Shown: in pieces, positions 29,873-38,888 of the stretch
Numbering within the stretch: the stretch's first letter is position 1
How the letters are laid out: each line of letters opens with the position of its first letter
IMG/VR virus record: IMGVR_UViG_3300014152_000001
Location: 1-64,000 of that record
Direction: 5' to 3' (one strand)
DNA length: 64,000 nt
From: a virus
Position numbers and translations under genes: made by a program
Notes under the pieces: generated by a model
The model's input: the letters and a program-made list of their open reading frames with translations, nothing else
What the model was told of the DNA's origin: nothing
The model's database searches: none

Positions 29873-30234
29873 AACTCCATCCACAAGATGTGGTCGCAAT
29901 AGTCTCGGTTGCATGGGACATCTGCACAGGCGTTCCGCTTCTGTTAATAGGCCAAACTCTCATAGCGGCATTGGTTCTGATGGGCGGGGTCGTCATAGTC
30001 ATAGGAGCCGACCTGTATGAAGACCGCTTCTACAGGAGAGGCGGGAAGATTAGTTGGCTAGACTTCATGCAAATAAGAGACCTCATGTCTCACGGAAACA
30101 ACTTTGAGGCTATAAGGTTCACCATGAAACGAGCCTTCGATATGGACGATGAAGAGATTCTTGCTCTCAAACCAGAGGACTTCTCAACCCTTATGAACAA
30201 GTTGCGTATAGAACAACAGAATGGTGAATCGTAG
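29869..30234 (+). CDS. Membrane protein with soluble helical C-terminal domain
   Basis: N-terminal TM segments. Confidence 0.6.
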   Translation: MKLHPQDVVAIVSVAWDICTGVPLLLIGQTLIAALVLMGGVVIVIGADLYEDRFYRRGGKISWLDFMQIRDLMSHGNNFEAIRFTMKRAFDMDDEEILALKPEDFSTLMNKLRIEQQNGES

Positions 30235-30528
30235 TTGGCTTGGCTTCCACCTGACTTTGCCGAAGGTCTGCAAGGACTAGACACCAGTAAATATGTGTTC
30301 GTGAAGTGTTTGGTCTGTAAGTCGGTCTACAGATGGGGCATCTACGGCTTCCAAGAAGGGGCCGTCCATTGTCCAATCTGTGGGGCTGTGACTTGGAATC
30401 CTATGCTCGTAAGCAAGATGGACTACATCCACTTCCTACAGAAGATGGGCAACGTCAAGAACCTATACGACATACAGAAACGACTCTGGGATTATAGAAG
30501 AAACGATGAGTCGGAACAGCGTAGATAA
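30235..30528 (+). CDS. Zn-ribbon protein
   Basis: CLVC...CPICG. Confidence 0.6.
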   Translation: MAWLPPDFAEGLQGLDTSKYVFVKCLVCKSVYRWGIYGFQEGAVHCPICGAVTWNPMLVSKMDYIHFLQKMGNVKNLYDIQKRLWDYRRNDESEQRR

Positions 30529-30546
30529 AAACTACGCTAGATTCGA

Positions 30547-30753
30547 CTAAGGCGAAGGTGCGACCTGTTCTTGCGTAGTGAGGTAGACAATCACGCCACC
30601 TACAACAGCCGCTACGAAGACGACAAGTGCTCCTGCTTCAACTGTATTTGGAACATAAATCGGTATGAATGTTCCAACGAGAGCACCAACCGCACCCACG
30701 ATTGCGATAATTAGAGCAAGAAACGACTTGCTCACACTAAGGATTGTGGTCAT
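30547..30753 (-). CDS. 2-TM small protein (holin-like)
   Basis: Two hydrophobic helices in 68 aa. Confidence 0.55.
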   Translation of the reverse strand: MTTILSVSKSFLALIIAIVGAVGALVGTFIPIYVPNTVEAGALVVFVAAVVGGVIVYLTTQEQVAPSP

Positions 30754-31166
30754 GTCTTTACCCTACGTTTTCGAGGTTTATAAGTGTTCTTGCTTCTTTT
30801 AGACATTGTGAAGTTAGGTATATCCATCAATTCCTTTGGTAAAAGACCACGTTCTATCATTTCTTCGGTATGAATTGCACTTGCAAGATTCCATGCTCCC
30901 GCAGTTAAATGGTCTTCATCTTTCAATCCTTCTCGATATTCATTAATGTGTCTCAATGCACTATCCAAAAAACGACCTATTGGAATGCCTTTCGACCAAT
31001 TCCAATCTCCATATTTAACAGCCCCGTTCTCATAGTGCTTGGCTAGTCTACGAAGGAAGATTGGTGAAATAAGGTCGAAACGTCCTTTACCCTGTTGGAT
31101 GTCTCGCACTGCACCCGTCTTGAACTTCTGCCGTCTTCCACTATCTTTGACTTTTTTGTAGTCCAT
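30750..31166 (-). CDS. dATP/dGTP diphosphohydrolase-like protein (DUF5664)
   Basis: TGAVRD...KGRFDLI...GAVKYG.WNW.KG....DSALRH....EDHL...AWN. Confidence 0.85.
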   Translation of the reverse strand: MDYKKVKDSGRRQKFKTGAVRDIQQGKGRFDLISPIFLRRLAKHYENGAVKYGDWNWSKGIPIGRFLDSALRHINEYREGLKDEDHLTAGAWNLASAIHTEEMIERGLLPKELMDIPNFTMSKRSKNTYKPRKRRVKT

Positions 31167-31593
31167 TGTAGTTCCTCTTATACCATGCTTCAAACTCTGA
31201 AGGCGATTTAAAGATTTCTGTGGCGCAATAGCGAAGCCAAGGGTGCGTTTGGAGACGTTTGTAGGTTATAATGAGATAGGTTGGATGCTTCAGAACCCAC
31301 GCATTATAGAAGATTTCCATGAATGTGCCAACTGAAACGCTTGGTGTTACAAAGGCTACAAGACCATTGGACTTGTTAATCTCATTCAGGTCTCCAAATA
31401 CAATCTCGTTTGGTTTGAGTTGGATACCATAAGGCATGACCTTTCCAGCGTCTATTGATTTGATGTCACCACGCTCTGGTCCATCATAGAACGGATTGGC
31501 AAGTTCGATATGGAGAGTCCTTTCAAGCCTTCGCTCTTCCTTCCGAACCCACTTTCTATCGAGGATGGGATGGGCTAAGTAATATCTAACCAT
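31141..31593 (-). CDS. Nucleoside 2-deoxyribosyltransferase / NMP N-glycosidase-like protein
   Basis: YYLAHP, DLNEI..S..LVA, SVGTFMEI.Y. Confidence 0.75.
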   Translation of the reverse strand: MVRYYLAHPILDRKWVRKEERRLERTLHIELANPFYDGPERGDIKSIDAGKVMPYGIQLKPNEIVFGDLNEINKSNGLVAFVTPSVSVGTFMEIFYNAWVLKHPTYLIITYKRLQTHPWLRYCATEIFKSPSEFEAWYKRNYNGLQKSQR

Positions 31594-31718
31594 GGACTTC
31601 ACCCTCAATTATTTTGAAGACCTCTTCCTCAGAGACCATCAGGATAGGACCGCTATATCCTTGAGTCATATAGCCAGTCAGTTTCCTGATACGGTTAATA
31701 AGGATTTGGGCTTCTTCC

Positions 31719-32024
31719 TCAGTCAAAGACCTCACCATTTTCGTGACACTTCACGTTCTCATAGGGAGCCACTCGTTTCCGATAGAACTCCAACTTCACT
31801 GCTTCAAGCACACCAAGACCACGATTCATCATTTCGTAGTGCGAGAAGCGTCCACCATACATCCTATCAATGAGACGAGTAATCACATAGTTCACATCAC
31901 CATCGGTAACATACGATTCATCGTCTCTCCCCTTATTCAAGGGTTCCAAAGCGAAGAACGCATCAAGAAGTTGGCCGAAACCAACGTCCAATATCCGCCT
32001 TCGCTCTTCTTTGATATAAGGCAT
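31719..32024 (-). CDS. DUF6899-like phage protein
   Basis: MPYIK..RR, GD.NY.ITR, GVLE.VKLEFYR..VAPYE..K..ENG.V. Confidence 0.75.
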   Translation of the reverse strand: MPYIKEERRRILDVGFGQLLDAFFALEPLNKGRDDESYVTDGDVNYVITRLIDRMYGGRFSHYEMMNRGLGVLEAVKLEFYRKRVAPYENVKCHENGEVFD

Positions 32025-32212
32025 ACCAACCCCATACTTCTCAGTCTATTTAAAGATTCTCGGAAAGTGGAGAGGAATTCTTCGCTCTTCTTTGCTGGGT
32101 GTCATATTCCTCTTGGCTCGTATTCTCTCCACTACCGCCCACCCTTGGTAAGCAGGTTATTTAAATGTTCAGTTCAGAACCTTTATATAGCCCCAGAGTC
32201 TAAAGATTAGTA

Positions 32213-32404
32213 ATGACTAAAGACTGGAAAAAACTAATCAGCACGGCCCATGCTTGCACCAGAATTGCCCACATCAATGCCGACCTCATCCGAGAGATTA
32301 TCCCAAATGCCAACGCTAAAACCATAATCAGAGGAAGGTGGACTGTCGAACAGAGAGGAGATATGAAGGTTCTTATCCTAGAGATAAAGGAGACAACCGA
32401 GTGA
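32213..32404 (+). CDS. Hypothetical protein
   Basis: gaacctttatatag promoter. Confidence 0.55.
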   Translation: MTKDWKKLISTAHACTRIAHINADLIREIIPNANAKTIIRGRWTVEQRGDMKVLILEIKETTE

Positions 32405-32408
32405 AAGC

Positions 32409-32717
32409 ATGGCTCAAGAGCAAACTCCGCCTAAAAAGGGACGTAGAGAACAGCATCGGACATTGTTCGTGCAGATAGACGACTTGAACCTCAATACACC
32501 AAAAGGTCAGGATGAGATGCTGGAACGGATGCAGACCCTTCTAGCGACCCATGACCACAACGGACTCGACCTTAATGCCTTCAAGATTCTACAAGCCACG
32601 GTGAAGACCAAGACCGACCTGAACGTGCTGAGACTCTTCACTGAGATGAGGAAGGAGATGGATGAATGGAGAGCCAGACAAAAAGACCAAGAACACTTAA
32701 ATACAAAGCCGCAGTAG
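32409..32717 (+). CDS. Helical hypothetical protein (terminase small subunit candidate)
   Basis: Size and helical pattern only. Confidence 0.35.
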   Translation: MAQEQTPPKKGRREQHRTLFVQIDDLNLNTPKGQDEMLERMQTLLATHDHNGLDLNAFKILQATVKTKTDLNVLRLFTEMRKEMDEWRARQKDQEHLNTKPQ

Positions 32718-32727
32718 GGTAGTGGCT

Positions 32728-32838
32728 ATGAATGGCGAAAGAGAGGAAAGAAGATACTACTTCTGGAGAACGGTGACAGGGACGATTTCAGCGGTAGGCA
32801 CGGTGCTCGTTCTCTTGAAGGTCTTTGGAATCATATAG
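32728..32838 (+). CDS. 36-aa single-TM peptide
   Basis: MNGEREERRYYFWRTVTGTISAVGTVLVLLKVFGII; TATA at ~32697. Confidence 0.55.
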   Translation: MNGEREERRYYFWRTVTGTISAVGTVLVLLKVFGII

Positions 32839-32888
32839 GCTTCATTGCTCATGCTTTAAATAGTGGTATTGCTCATACTATCCTTAGA

Positions 32889-33362
32889 TTGAGCCAGAAT
32901 ACACCGATTCCCTACTGTGACACTCAAGACCTAGTAAAGCAGTTGAATCTACAACAGTCGGCCACCGACCCCAATAAGTATGTCATCTATGCGATTCCGA
33001 CTTCAGTGGATGTAATCAATACCTTCGTGAAGCAGGCTAACGAGCAGACTACCATCCTCTTTGGAGACCTCACCAAGACCAATTCATATGGACTTGCCAA
33101 ACAATACGCGACTTGGAGAGCCGTTCTCAACATGATTGAAACGATGACTATCAGTTGGGTAATCTCTGGTATGCCTGTGACAGTAGGCGACATCAGCATC
33201 CAACGTCTCTCAGCCATGCAAGCGGCAACTGTCGAACTTAAGGAAAACACACTCAGAGAACTAGCGAGACTCTACATCATGCTATCCGATTTCAGTTACC
33301 CCAACAACTACCAGAGTCCAAGCCCGTTTGTGGATACGGGAGGTCAGATGTTCTTCAGTTAG
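32889..33362 (+). CDS. Head-tail adaptor protein
   Basis: YCD.QD. N-terminus, helical core, VGDISI strand. Confidence 0.65.
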   Translation: MSQNTPIPYCDTQDLVKQLNLQQSATDPNKYVIYAIPTSVDVINTFVKQANEQTTILFGDLTKTNSYGLAKQYATWRAVLNMIETMTISWVISGMPVTVGDISIQRLSAMQAATVELKENTLRELARLYIMLSDFSYPNNYQSPSPFVDTGGQMFFS

Positions 33363-34957
33363 TGATAAAAATGGCTACAACAATAGATAATGGTTTCTTC
33401 GCTACAGTCAGTAATCAACAAAACGTCTTTTTTGTCAATGGACTTTATTGGGTTTTCTACTATGAGACAGGAAAACCACCCAATGAAGTAGGATACAAAA
33501 CAAGTTCAGATGGTGCATCATGGTCAGCCTATACAATGGCTATTGCCAATGTCGGTGGTGGCCAAGAAGAGGTAGATTTTGTCGTTGTTGGCACTACAAT
33601 TTATTACGCAACTTGCTTAGGCAATTACAGATATGGAAATCTTGATGTGGCTGGAACTATAACTTGGGCTATCCCAGAAACAAGTATAGGATTTCCTGCC
33701 TATGACTACCCAAGTATTGCGGTAGATAGTGGCGGCTTCATTTACATTGCCACACTTGGGACGAATGTGGTCAATGTTTACACAAACAGAACTGGAAGTT
33801 GGACACTAGATTTGACTGTTCCATTTGTTTCAGTGCCGGGAGCAAGATATAAGATTGTAGCCCTCACAGGTGGAAAGATGCTCCTTGTATATGGTGATTT
33901 CAACCCAAGCACTTGGTATACTCAAAGATTTGATGGAGCAAATTGGAGTGCTGGCTCAAACACTGTTTCTAATGAATACGATATGATATACAGTGAATTT
34001 ACGTCAAGCGGTGATGTAGCCTATGGTTCGGCTGTAAGAGAGAGTGGTGGCTCAATTGTAGGTATAGATTTTGTCAAGTATGATTACAATACCGATACTT
34101 GGAGTGCGACTGTGATTGATACCGGACAAACTTATCCATCTACAATTCTTATCAATTCTTCTAACACATTGCTAATAACCTATGCCACTACCTCTGGGCC
34201 TATCTCTTATACATTTTCTAACAATTATGGTGCATCATGGACACCCATTGCAACCATTGCTGTGTCACCAAGTCCATTTGACCTAACGGCTATCCTTACC
34301 AATGCTAATGAATTTTCTGTGGTCTTTGATGACCAAATTTCAATTTACATAACTCCCGACCCACCCATTCTCATAACAACAGCAATAATCATAACAGACT
34401 ATGCCTATGCCGAAGACAGCATCTCAATTAATAGAGGCACATTACCAGTCTGCGGAATGACCTCTGGAGCCTACCCTCTCTCGCCTATGGAGAAAGATTA
34501 CATAAATCTCGGCTACCAGCAGATAATAGACATAAGCGGGCTTCCTATCACCTATAAGACTATGAACATAATTGGTGAAGACGCATACGAGCATCCTATC
34601 ATCACATACACCAATAAAACCATCACAGCCTTCATCACCATCCTCAGAAACGATGAGTATGAGTATGTTGAACCGGGCTTCCTACCCAACCACTACGCCA
34701 GTATGTGGGTCTATTGCGTGACTCCACAAGTAGGAGACCATGTAGTATGGCAAGGCATTGAATGGGAAGTAAGGAACTCCATACCAAAGGTCATCGGTAA
34801 CGATACCGTTTACTATCAAACCGTCCTCAGAAGGGTGCTTGCTCGTGTGCCCCTCACAGGTGAAGTGGGAGATGGAACCGACTTAGGCGATACAACAGGG
34901 TCAGGCGGAACACTTCAGTCTGGCGGTGTCCAATACCCGCCAGAAGGAGACCCATAG
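33362..34957 (+). CDS. BNR/beta-propeller domain fused to a head-closure-like C-terminal domain
   Basis: SSDGASWS and SNNYGASWT Asp-boxes; C-terminal P.VGD.V.WQG.EWEV...LRR. Confidence 0.6.
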   Translation: MIKMATTIDNGFFATVSNQQNVFFVNGLYWVFYYETGKPPNEVGYKTSSDGASWSAYTMAIANVGGGQEEVDFVVVGTTIYYATCLGNYRYGNLDVAGTITWAIPETSIGFPAYDYPSIAVDSGGFIYIATLGTNVVNVYTNRTGSWTLDLTVPFVSVPGARYKIVALTGGKMLLVYGDFNPSTWYTQRFDGANWSAGSNTVSNEYDMIYSEFTSSGDVAYGSAVRESGGSIVGIDFVKYDYNTDTWSATVIDTGQTYPSTILINSSNTLLITYATTSGPISYTFSNNYGASWTPIATIAVSPSPFDLTAILTNANEFSVVFDDQISIYITPDPPILITTAIIITDYAYAEDSISINRGTLPVCGMTSGAYPLSPMEKDYINLGYQQIIDISGLPITYKTMNIIGEDAYEHPIITYTNKTITAFITILRNDEYEYVEPGFLPNHYASMWVYCVTPQVGDHVVWQGIEWEVRNSIPKVIGNDTVYYQTVLRRVLARVPLTGEVGDGTDLGDTTGSGGTLQSGGVQYPPEGDP

Positions 34958-35004
34958 AGGTCAATACCAATACATTTATATAGGAATAGACCTTATTAGA
35001 GAGT

Positions 35005-35415
35005 ATGCCATATAAGAATCCAGAAGATAAGAAGGCTTGGTTTCAACGAAACAAAACCAGAATGGAAGAGAAGTCTCGTATTTGGAAAAGGACTCACAAA
35101 TCGTCAATCAACAAAAGCAATAATAAGAGTCGAAAGAAGTTACGTCTTAAAGTATTGATTCATTATTCTGGAACAGACCCGCCCCAATGCGTTAATCCTT
35201 TCAATTTGCATCTTCCTAACGACCCATTTCTCACAGACCTCAGAGTTCTCTCTATTGACCATATTAATGGTGGTGGACGAAAGGACAGAAGAGAAGGCAA
35301 AAGCGGTTCCTTGTTCTACTATTGGCTTCAGAGAAACAACTTCCCAAAGGGCTTTCAAGTGCTCTGTATGAATTGCCAGTATGTGAAGAGAGAACTTAAT
35401 AAGGAGCACAACTAA
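35005..35415 (+). CDS. HNH-like endonuclease, paralog 5
   Basis: SIDHINGGG...YYWLQRNNFPKGFQVLCMNCQ. Confidence 0.82.
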   Translation: MPYKNPEDKKAWFQRNKTRMEEKSRIWKRTHKSSINKSNNKSRKKLRLKVLIHYSGTDPPQCVNPFNLHLPNDPFLTDLRVLSIDHINGGGRKDRREGKSGSLFYYWLQRNNFPKGFQVLCMNCQYVKRELNKEHN

Positions 35416-35427
35416 AGACAATATGAT

Positions 35428-35889
35428 ATGGTGCTGATTTCCCAACCGCCTTCAGGGATAGACCCCATCCTCTTCCTAGAGAACTTGCTAGAAGGTTTCG
35501 TCAAAGATGAGAAAGGAAACGATGTTCCCTTAGGAACCGTCTTTCCAAAGTCCATAAACAAACTACCGAGAGTGATAATCAACCAAAAGACAGAAGAGAT
35601 GAAATTCATCAGCATCCCTGCTATCAGACGCAGATGGACTACGCCCTTCACCCTAGAATGTTGGGCCTTGAGCGTGGCCCAAAGATACGCCATAAAGCAA
35701 AGCCTGATGGCTAGACTGGATACTCTTACTGGCAACCCCGGAGTGCAACTTGCAGACAACTACATCTATATGTGGTTCAAGATTCACGAGCCGAAAGACC
35801 AACCAAGCAGATTTGGGCAACCCATATTCACGATAGGTTTCGAGATTACACTGGTTTACGATACCTTAACAGGAAGTGTGCCTCCATGA
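35428..35889 (+). CDS. Tail terminator-like protein
   Basis: LPRVII, F.LECWA motifs; neck gene context. Confidence 0.55.
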   Translation: MVLISQPPSGIDPILFLENLLEGFVKDEKGNDVPLGTVFPKSINKLPRVIINQKTEEMKFISIPAIRRRWTTPFTLECWALSVAQRYAIKQSLMARLDTLTGNPGVQLADNYIYMWFKIHEPKDQPSRFGQPIFTIGFEITLVYDTLTGSVPP

Positions 35890-35942
35890 TAACAATTAGA
35901 ATCATGGTAAACCTTATATAGTCAAGTAACCATTACTTCCAT

Positions 35943-36332
35943 GTGTCAGCACAAAAGAGATACTACCAAAATCACAAAACCGCAATGCTACAGAAGAGTA
36001 AAGACTACTATTGGAGCCACAAACCAAAAATACAAAGGGAACAAAAAGAGTATCGGGAGCAAGTTCGTATACAAGTTTTTACTCATTATGGCGGCAATCC
36101 ACCCAAATGCGCTTGTTGTGGGGAGAGCAGAATCGAGTTTCTCACTATAGACCACATCAACAACGATGGTGCAAATCAACGGAGACGTATATGGGGCCAG
36201 AAAGTATCTGGTTTTGGATTCTATGCGTGGTTAGTTAGAATGAACTTTCCTGAAGGCTATCAAGTTTTATGTTTCAACTGCAACTGTGGCAGAGCACATA
36301 CTTTAAATAAGGTATGCCCTCATAAACAGTAG
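35943..36332 (+). CDS. HNH-like endonuclease, paralog 6
   Basis: CACCGE..IEFLTIDHINNDG...YQVLCFNCN..CPH. Confidence 0.82.
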   Translation: MSAQKRYYQNHKTAMLQKSKDYYWSHKPKIQREQKEYREQVRIQVFTHYGGNPPKCACCGESRIEFLTIDHINNDGANQRRRIWGQKVSGFGFYAWLVRMNFPEGYQVLCFNCNCGRAHTLNKVCPHKQ

Positions 36333-36333
36333 A

Positions 36334-36399
36334 ATGGTCACGCGAGAACAGGTTCCTATCGTCAATACAGGAGCATTATTCTATCCCGGAGTAGGTTGA
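36334..36399 (+). CDS. 21-aa micropeptide copying the MCP N-terminus (not in ORF track)
   Basis: MVTREQVPIVNTGALFYPGVG vs MCP MAMTREQFPIVNTGALFYPAL; tttaaata at 36302-36309. Confidence 0.8.
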   Translation: MVTREQVPIVNTGALFYPGVG

Positions 36400-36866
36400 G
36401 ATTTACGCTTTCGTAAGGCTTCTTTCTTGAATTGACAATTCATACATAACACTTGGTATCCTTCTGGGTATCCTCTAACAAAGAGCCACCAATAGATGTT
36501 AATACCACCCCAATTCTTGGTCTTAGCCACTAATCTTCGCTCCTTTGCTCCATCATCATTGATATGGTCTATCGTAAGACAATCTACATCTGTAAACGGT
36601 TCTTTGTGCATTCCAAAAGGATTGGCACATTGAGACGGGTTAGTGCCAGAGTAATGAATCAACGTCTTAACTTTCATCTGATATTTGGCCTTCTTCCGAT
36701 TTGCGTTATACTTCTTTCTATGTTTTCTATAATATCCTCGTTCTCTATTATTTTTTGCAGACTGTTTTTTGTCGCACTCTTTACAGACCCGACTGTTGAT
36801 TCGCTTATGACATGGATACCAATTTTCATCGGCTAACAATATTCCACAGACACGGCAATTGGTCAT
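36381..36866 (-). CDS. HNH-like endonuclease, paralog 7
   Basis: N-terminal CRVC..CKEC; TIDHINDDG...YQVLCMNCQ. Confidence 0.82.
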   Translation of the reverse strand: MTNCRVCGILLADENWYPCHKRINSRVCKECDKKQSAKNNRERGYYRKHRKKYNANRKKAKYQMKVKTLIHYSGTNPSQCANPFGMHKEPFTDVDCLTIDHINDDGAKERRLVAKTKNWGGINIYWWLFVRGYPEGYQVLCMNCQFKKEALRKRKSQPTPG

Positions 36867-36901
36867 ATATCAAACATATAGCCTCTGCCCTATTTAAGTG
36901 T

Positions 36902-37210
36902 TTATTGGAGAAGTTGGAGGTCGGAAACATCCAAAACGGCTGTCGCAAATTTCTTGAAATAGGGAGACATAACAATATCGCCCATCAAACCAAAGCGTTC
37001 TCCAAGTTCTCCTATTAAGACTAAGACATCTTCTTCGCTCACTATCTCATCTCCGCAATAGATAGCCAATGGTTCTTGGGTCTCTTTGCAAAATACAAAC
37101 TGATAATCATTTACCCTAGCGATGTGCTTAGTGTGTTTGCAGTCTTCGTGCCCCCCTTCAAATAGTAAAACATAATGGCCATCACTGGCTCTCGCTCCGG
37201 TGAGTTGCAT
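36902..37210 (-). CDS. Hypothetical protein with weak MCP-like segments
   Basis: QLTGAR, DGHYVL and D.......IVMSP segments; divergent promoter shared with 37274. Confidence 0.5.
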   Translation of the reverse strand: MQLTGARASDGHYVLLFEGGHEDCKHTKHIARVNDYQFVFCKETQEPLAIYCGDEIVSEEDVLVLIGELGERFGLMGDIVMSPYFKKFATAVLDVSDLQLLQ

Positions 37211-37273
37211 GGGTATATACTGTATCCTACCCTTAATAAACATTTAAGTAGGTCGCGGAGAGAGGCTGTGGCT

Positions 37274-37636
37274 ATGGTATACAATGAAGAAATCAATCAC
37301 GAATGGGGCACTGAGGTCTATCCGTTAGTCCTCAAGCCAACGATGAAAGACCTTACGACAAGCAAAGGTAAGGTTTGGATAAACACTGAGAAAGAACGAG
37401 TAGAGGAATGGCAAGGAAAGCCGTGGGTCGTTGAAAAGAGCGACATCGCAGACCGTCTTGCCCAGAAGACAGGCATCAAGTCAAAGGGCACTCACTTCAA
37501 GATGAACATAGGCCAGAAGAAGGTGGGCCTGAGTGAGTTACTGGTCATCCGAGCCAGAGAAGACAGCCTAAACGACTTCACCAAGAAAGTCGAACTGATG
37601 GCCATCTCTCTCAAGAGTGGCAGAAGCCGAAAGTAA
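37274..37636 (+). CDS. Diverged truncated homolog of the MCP N-terminal third
   Basis: Colinear blocks LVLKPTMKDL....G and KVGL(x9)EDSL vs MCP LALKPLLQDF....G and KVGM(x9)EDQI. Confidence 0.65.
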   Translation: MVYNEEINHEWGTEVYPLVLKPTMKDLTTSKGKVWINTEKERVEEWQGKPWVVEKSDIADRLAQKTGIKSKGTHFKMNIGQKKVGLSELLVIRAREDSLNDFTKKVELMAISLKSGRSRK

Positions 37637-37673
37637 GGAAGCCTTTAAATAGTCCAATCCCCCTATTTATCTC

Positions 37674-38396
37674 ATGCCAATGGGAGACTATACAGATTTC
37701 GCTGATTGTGTGTCTAAGAACAAATCGAAAGACGACCCGAAAGCCTACTGCGGTTATATCAAGAACCAGATAGAAGGGGGCAAAAAGAAAGAAGAGTGTC
37801 TGGAAGCCACAGAACACGAAGCCTACCATCTTGAAGAAGAGGTTAAGAAGTTGGAATCATTAGCAACCTGTCCAAATTGCGGTTCTTCAGTCGCTCCTTC
37901 ACCCGAAGCCCCCGGCCCCGGTGGATTCTACACTTGCGATAAGTGCGGCAAACTCTACAAGAAAACAGAAGAGACAGACCGCCAGACAAGACTACCAAAG
38001 GGTGTTCGCCATACCGTAGAAAGGATGGGTGGAGAAGACTGGACTCCAGAGAGCGAGATAGAGAAGGCCAAAGCAGAGTTCTTGAATACACTAAAGGCGA
38101 CCATTGATGAAATGACACTGATGGCAAAGGACGTTGGTTACAGCAACGTATCCGAGAAGACTTCACCAACTCCGTCAACCTATATGTATGAGGTCAAACA
38201 ACCGATGGCTGATGTCTTCGTAAAGCAGGCCAAGGGCTTCGGTGTAGAAGTCAATTGGTTCAACACAACTATGGACGAACTCCAAGACATCGTGAAGAGT
38301 GCCAACAAGTTCTTTACCGATGCTGGCTGGAACTCCAAAGAGACAGTCAAAGAGTATGAGAAGCACGCCAAGAAGTGGGGCAAGGACTTCACCTAA
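37674..38396 (+). CDS. Acidic modular protein with Zn ribbon
   Basis: N-terminal DFADCV.KN....DP.AYC motif, CPNCG..CDKCG, EE-delimited modules. Confidence 0.7.
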   Translation: MPMGDYTDFADCVSKNKSKDDPKAYCGYIKNQIEGGKKKEECLEATEHEAYHLEEEVKKLESLATCPNCGSSVAPSPEAPGPGGFYTCDKCGKLYKKTEETDRQTRLPKGVRHTVERMGGEDWTPESEIEKAKAEFLNTLKATIDEMTLMAKDVGYSNVSEKTSPTPSTYMYEVKQPMADVFVKQAKGFGVEVNWFNTTMDELQDIVKSANKFFTDAGWNSKETVKEYEKHAKKWGKDFT

Positions 38397-38428
38397 ACTG
38401 TTAAATAGGACTCCTACGCAATAGACGT

Positions 38429-38857
38429 ATGGAATACAAAACTTCTGAAGAGAAGAGAGCCTACCAAGCAGACTACGCCAAAACACATAAGGAAGAGAAA
38501 CAGGCTTACGATAGGAAGTATTGGAAAATCCGTTATGCTAAAAATAGCAAGCAATACTTGGAAAACAGAGCGAAAGCGACAAGAGAACGGAAACTACTTG
38601 TCCTAAGTCATTACAGTAGTAATCCGCCCAAGTGTGCTTGTCCACCTTGCGGAGAGACCATTATCGAATTTCTCTCAATAGACCATATTATCCCTATTGG
38701 TAATAAAGCGAGAGACAATCAACTAGGCACGCGACACGGAAGCAATCTCTACGGCTGGCTCATTAGACACAACTTTCCAGAGGGCTTCCAAGTGCTCTGT
38801 ATGAATTGCAACTTCGCCAAAGGACACTACGATAAATGTCCTCACGAGAGACTGTAG
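38429..38857 (+). CDS. HNH-like endonuclease, paralog 8
   Basis: SIDHIIP...YGWL..HNFPEGFQVLCMNCN..CPH. Confidence 0.82.
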   Translation: MEYKTSEEKRAYQADYAKTHKEEKQAYDRKYWKIRYAKNSKQYLENRAKATRERKLLVLSHYSSNPPKCACPPCGETIIEFLSIDHIIPIGNKARDNQLGTRHGSNLYGWLIRHNFPEGFQVLCMNCNFAKGHYDKCPHERL

Positions 38858-38888
38858 GTTTAAATAGTCCTAACCCCTATCTCTACTC

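Noticed and set aside
32047-32133. Micro-ORF (…MTPSKEERRIP…) resembling the start of the adjacent DUF6899-like gene
   Set aside because: Five-residue low-complexity match; may be a local duplication remnant or chance.
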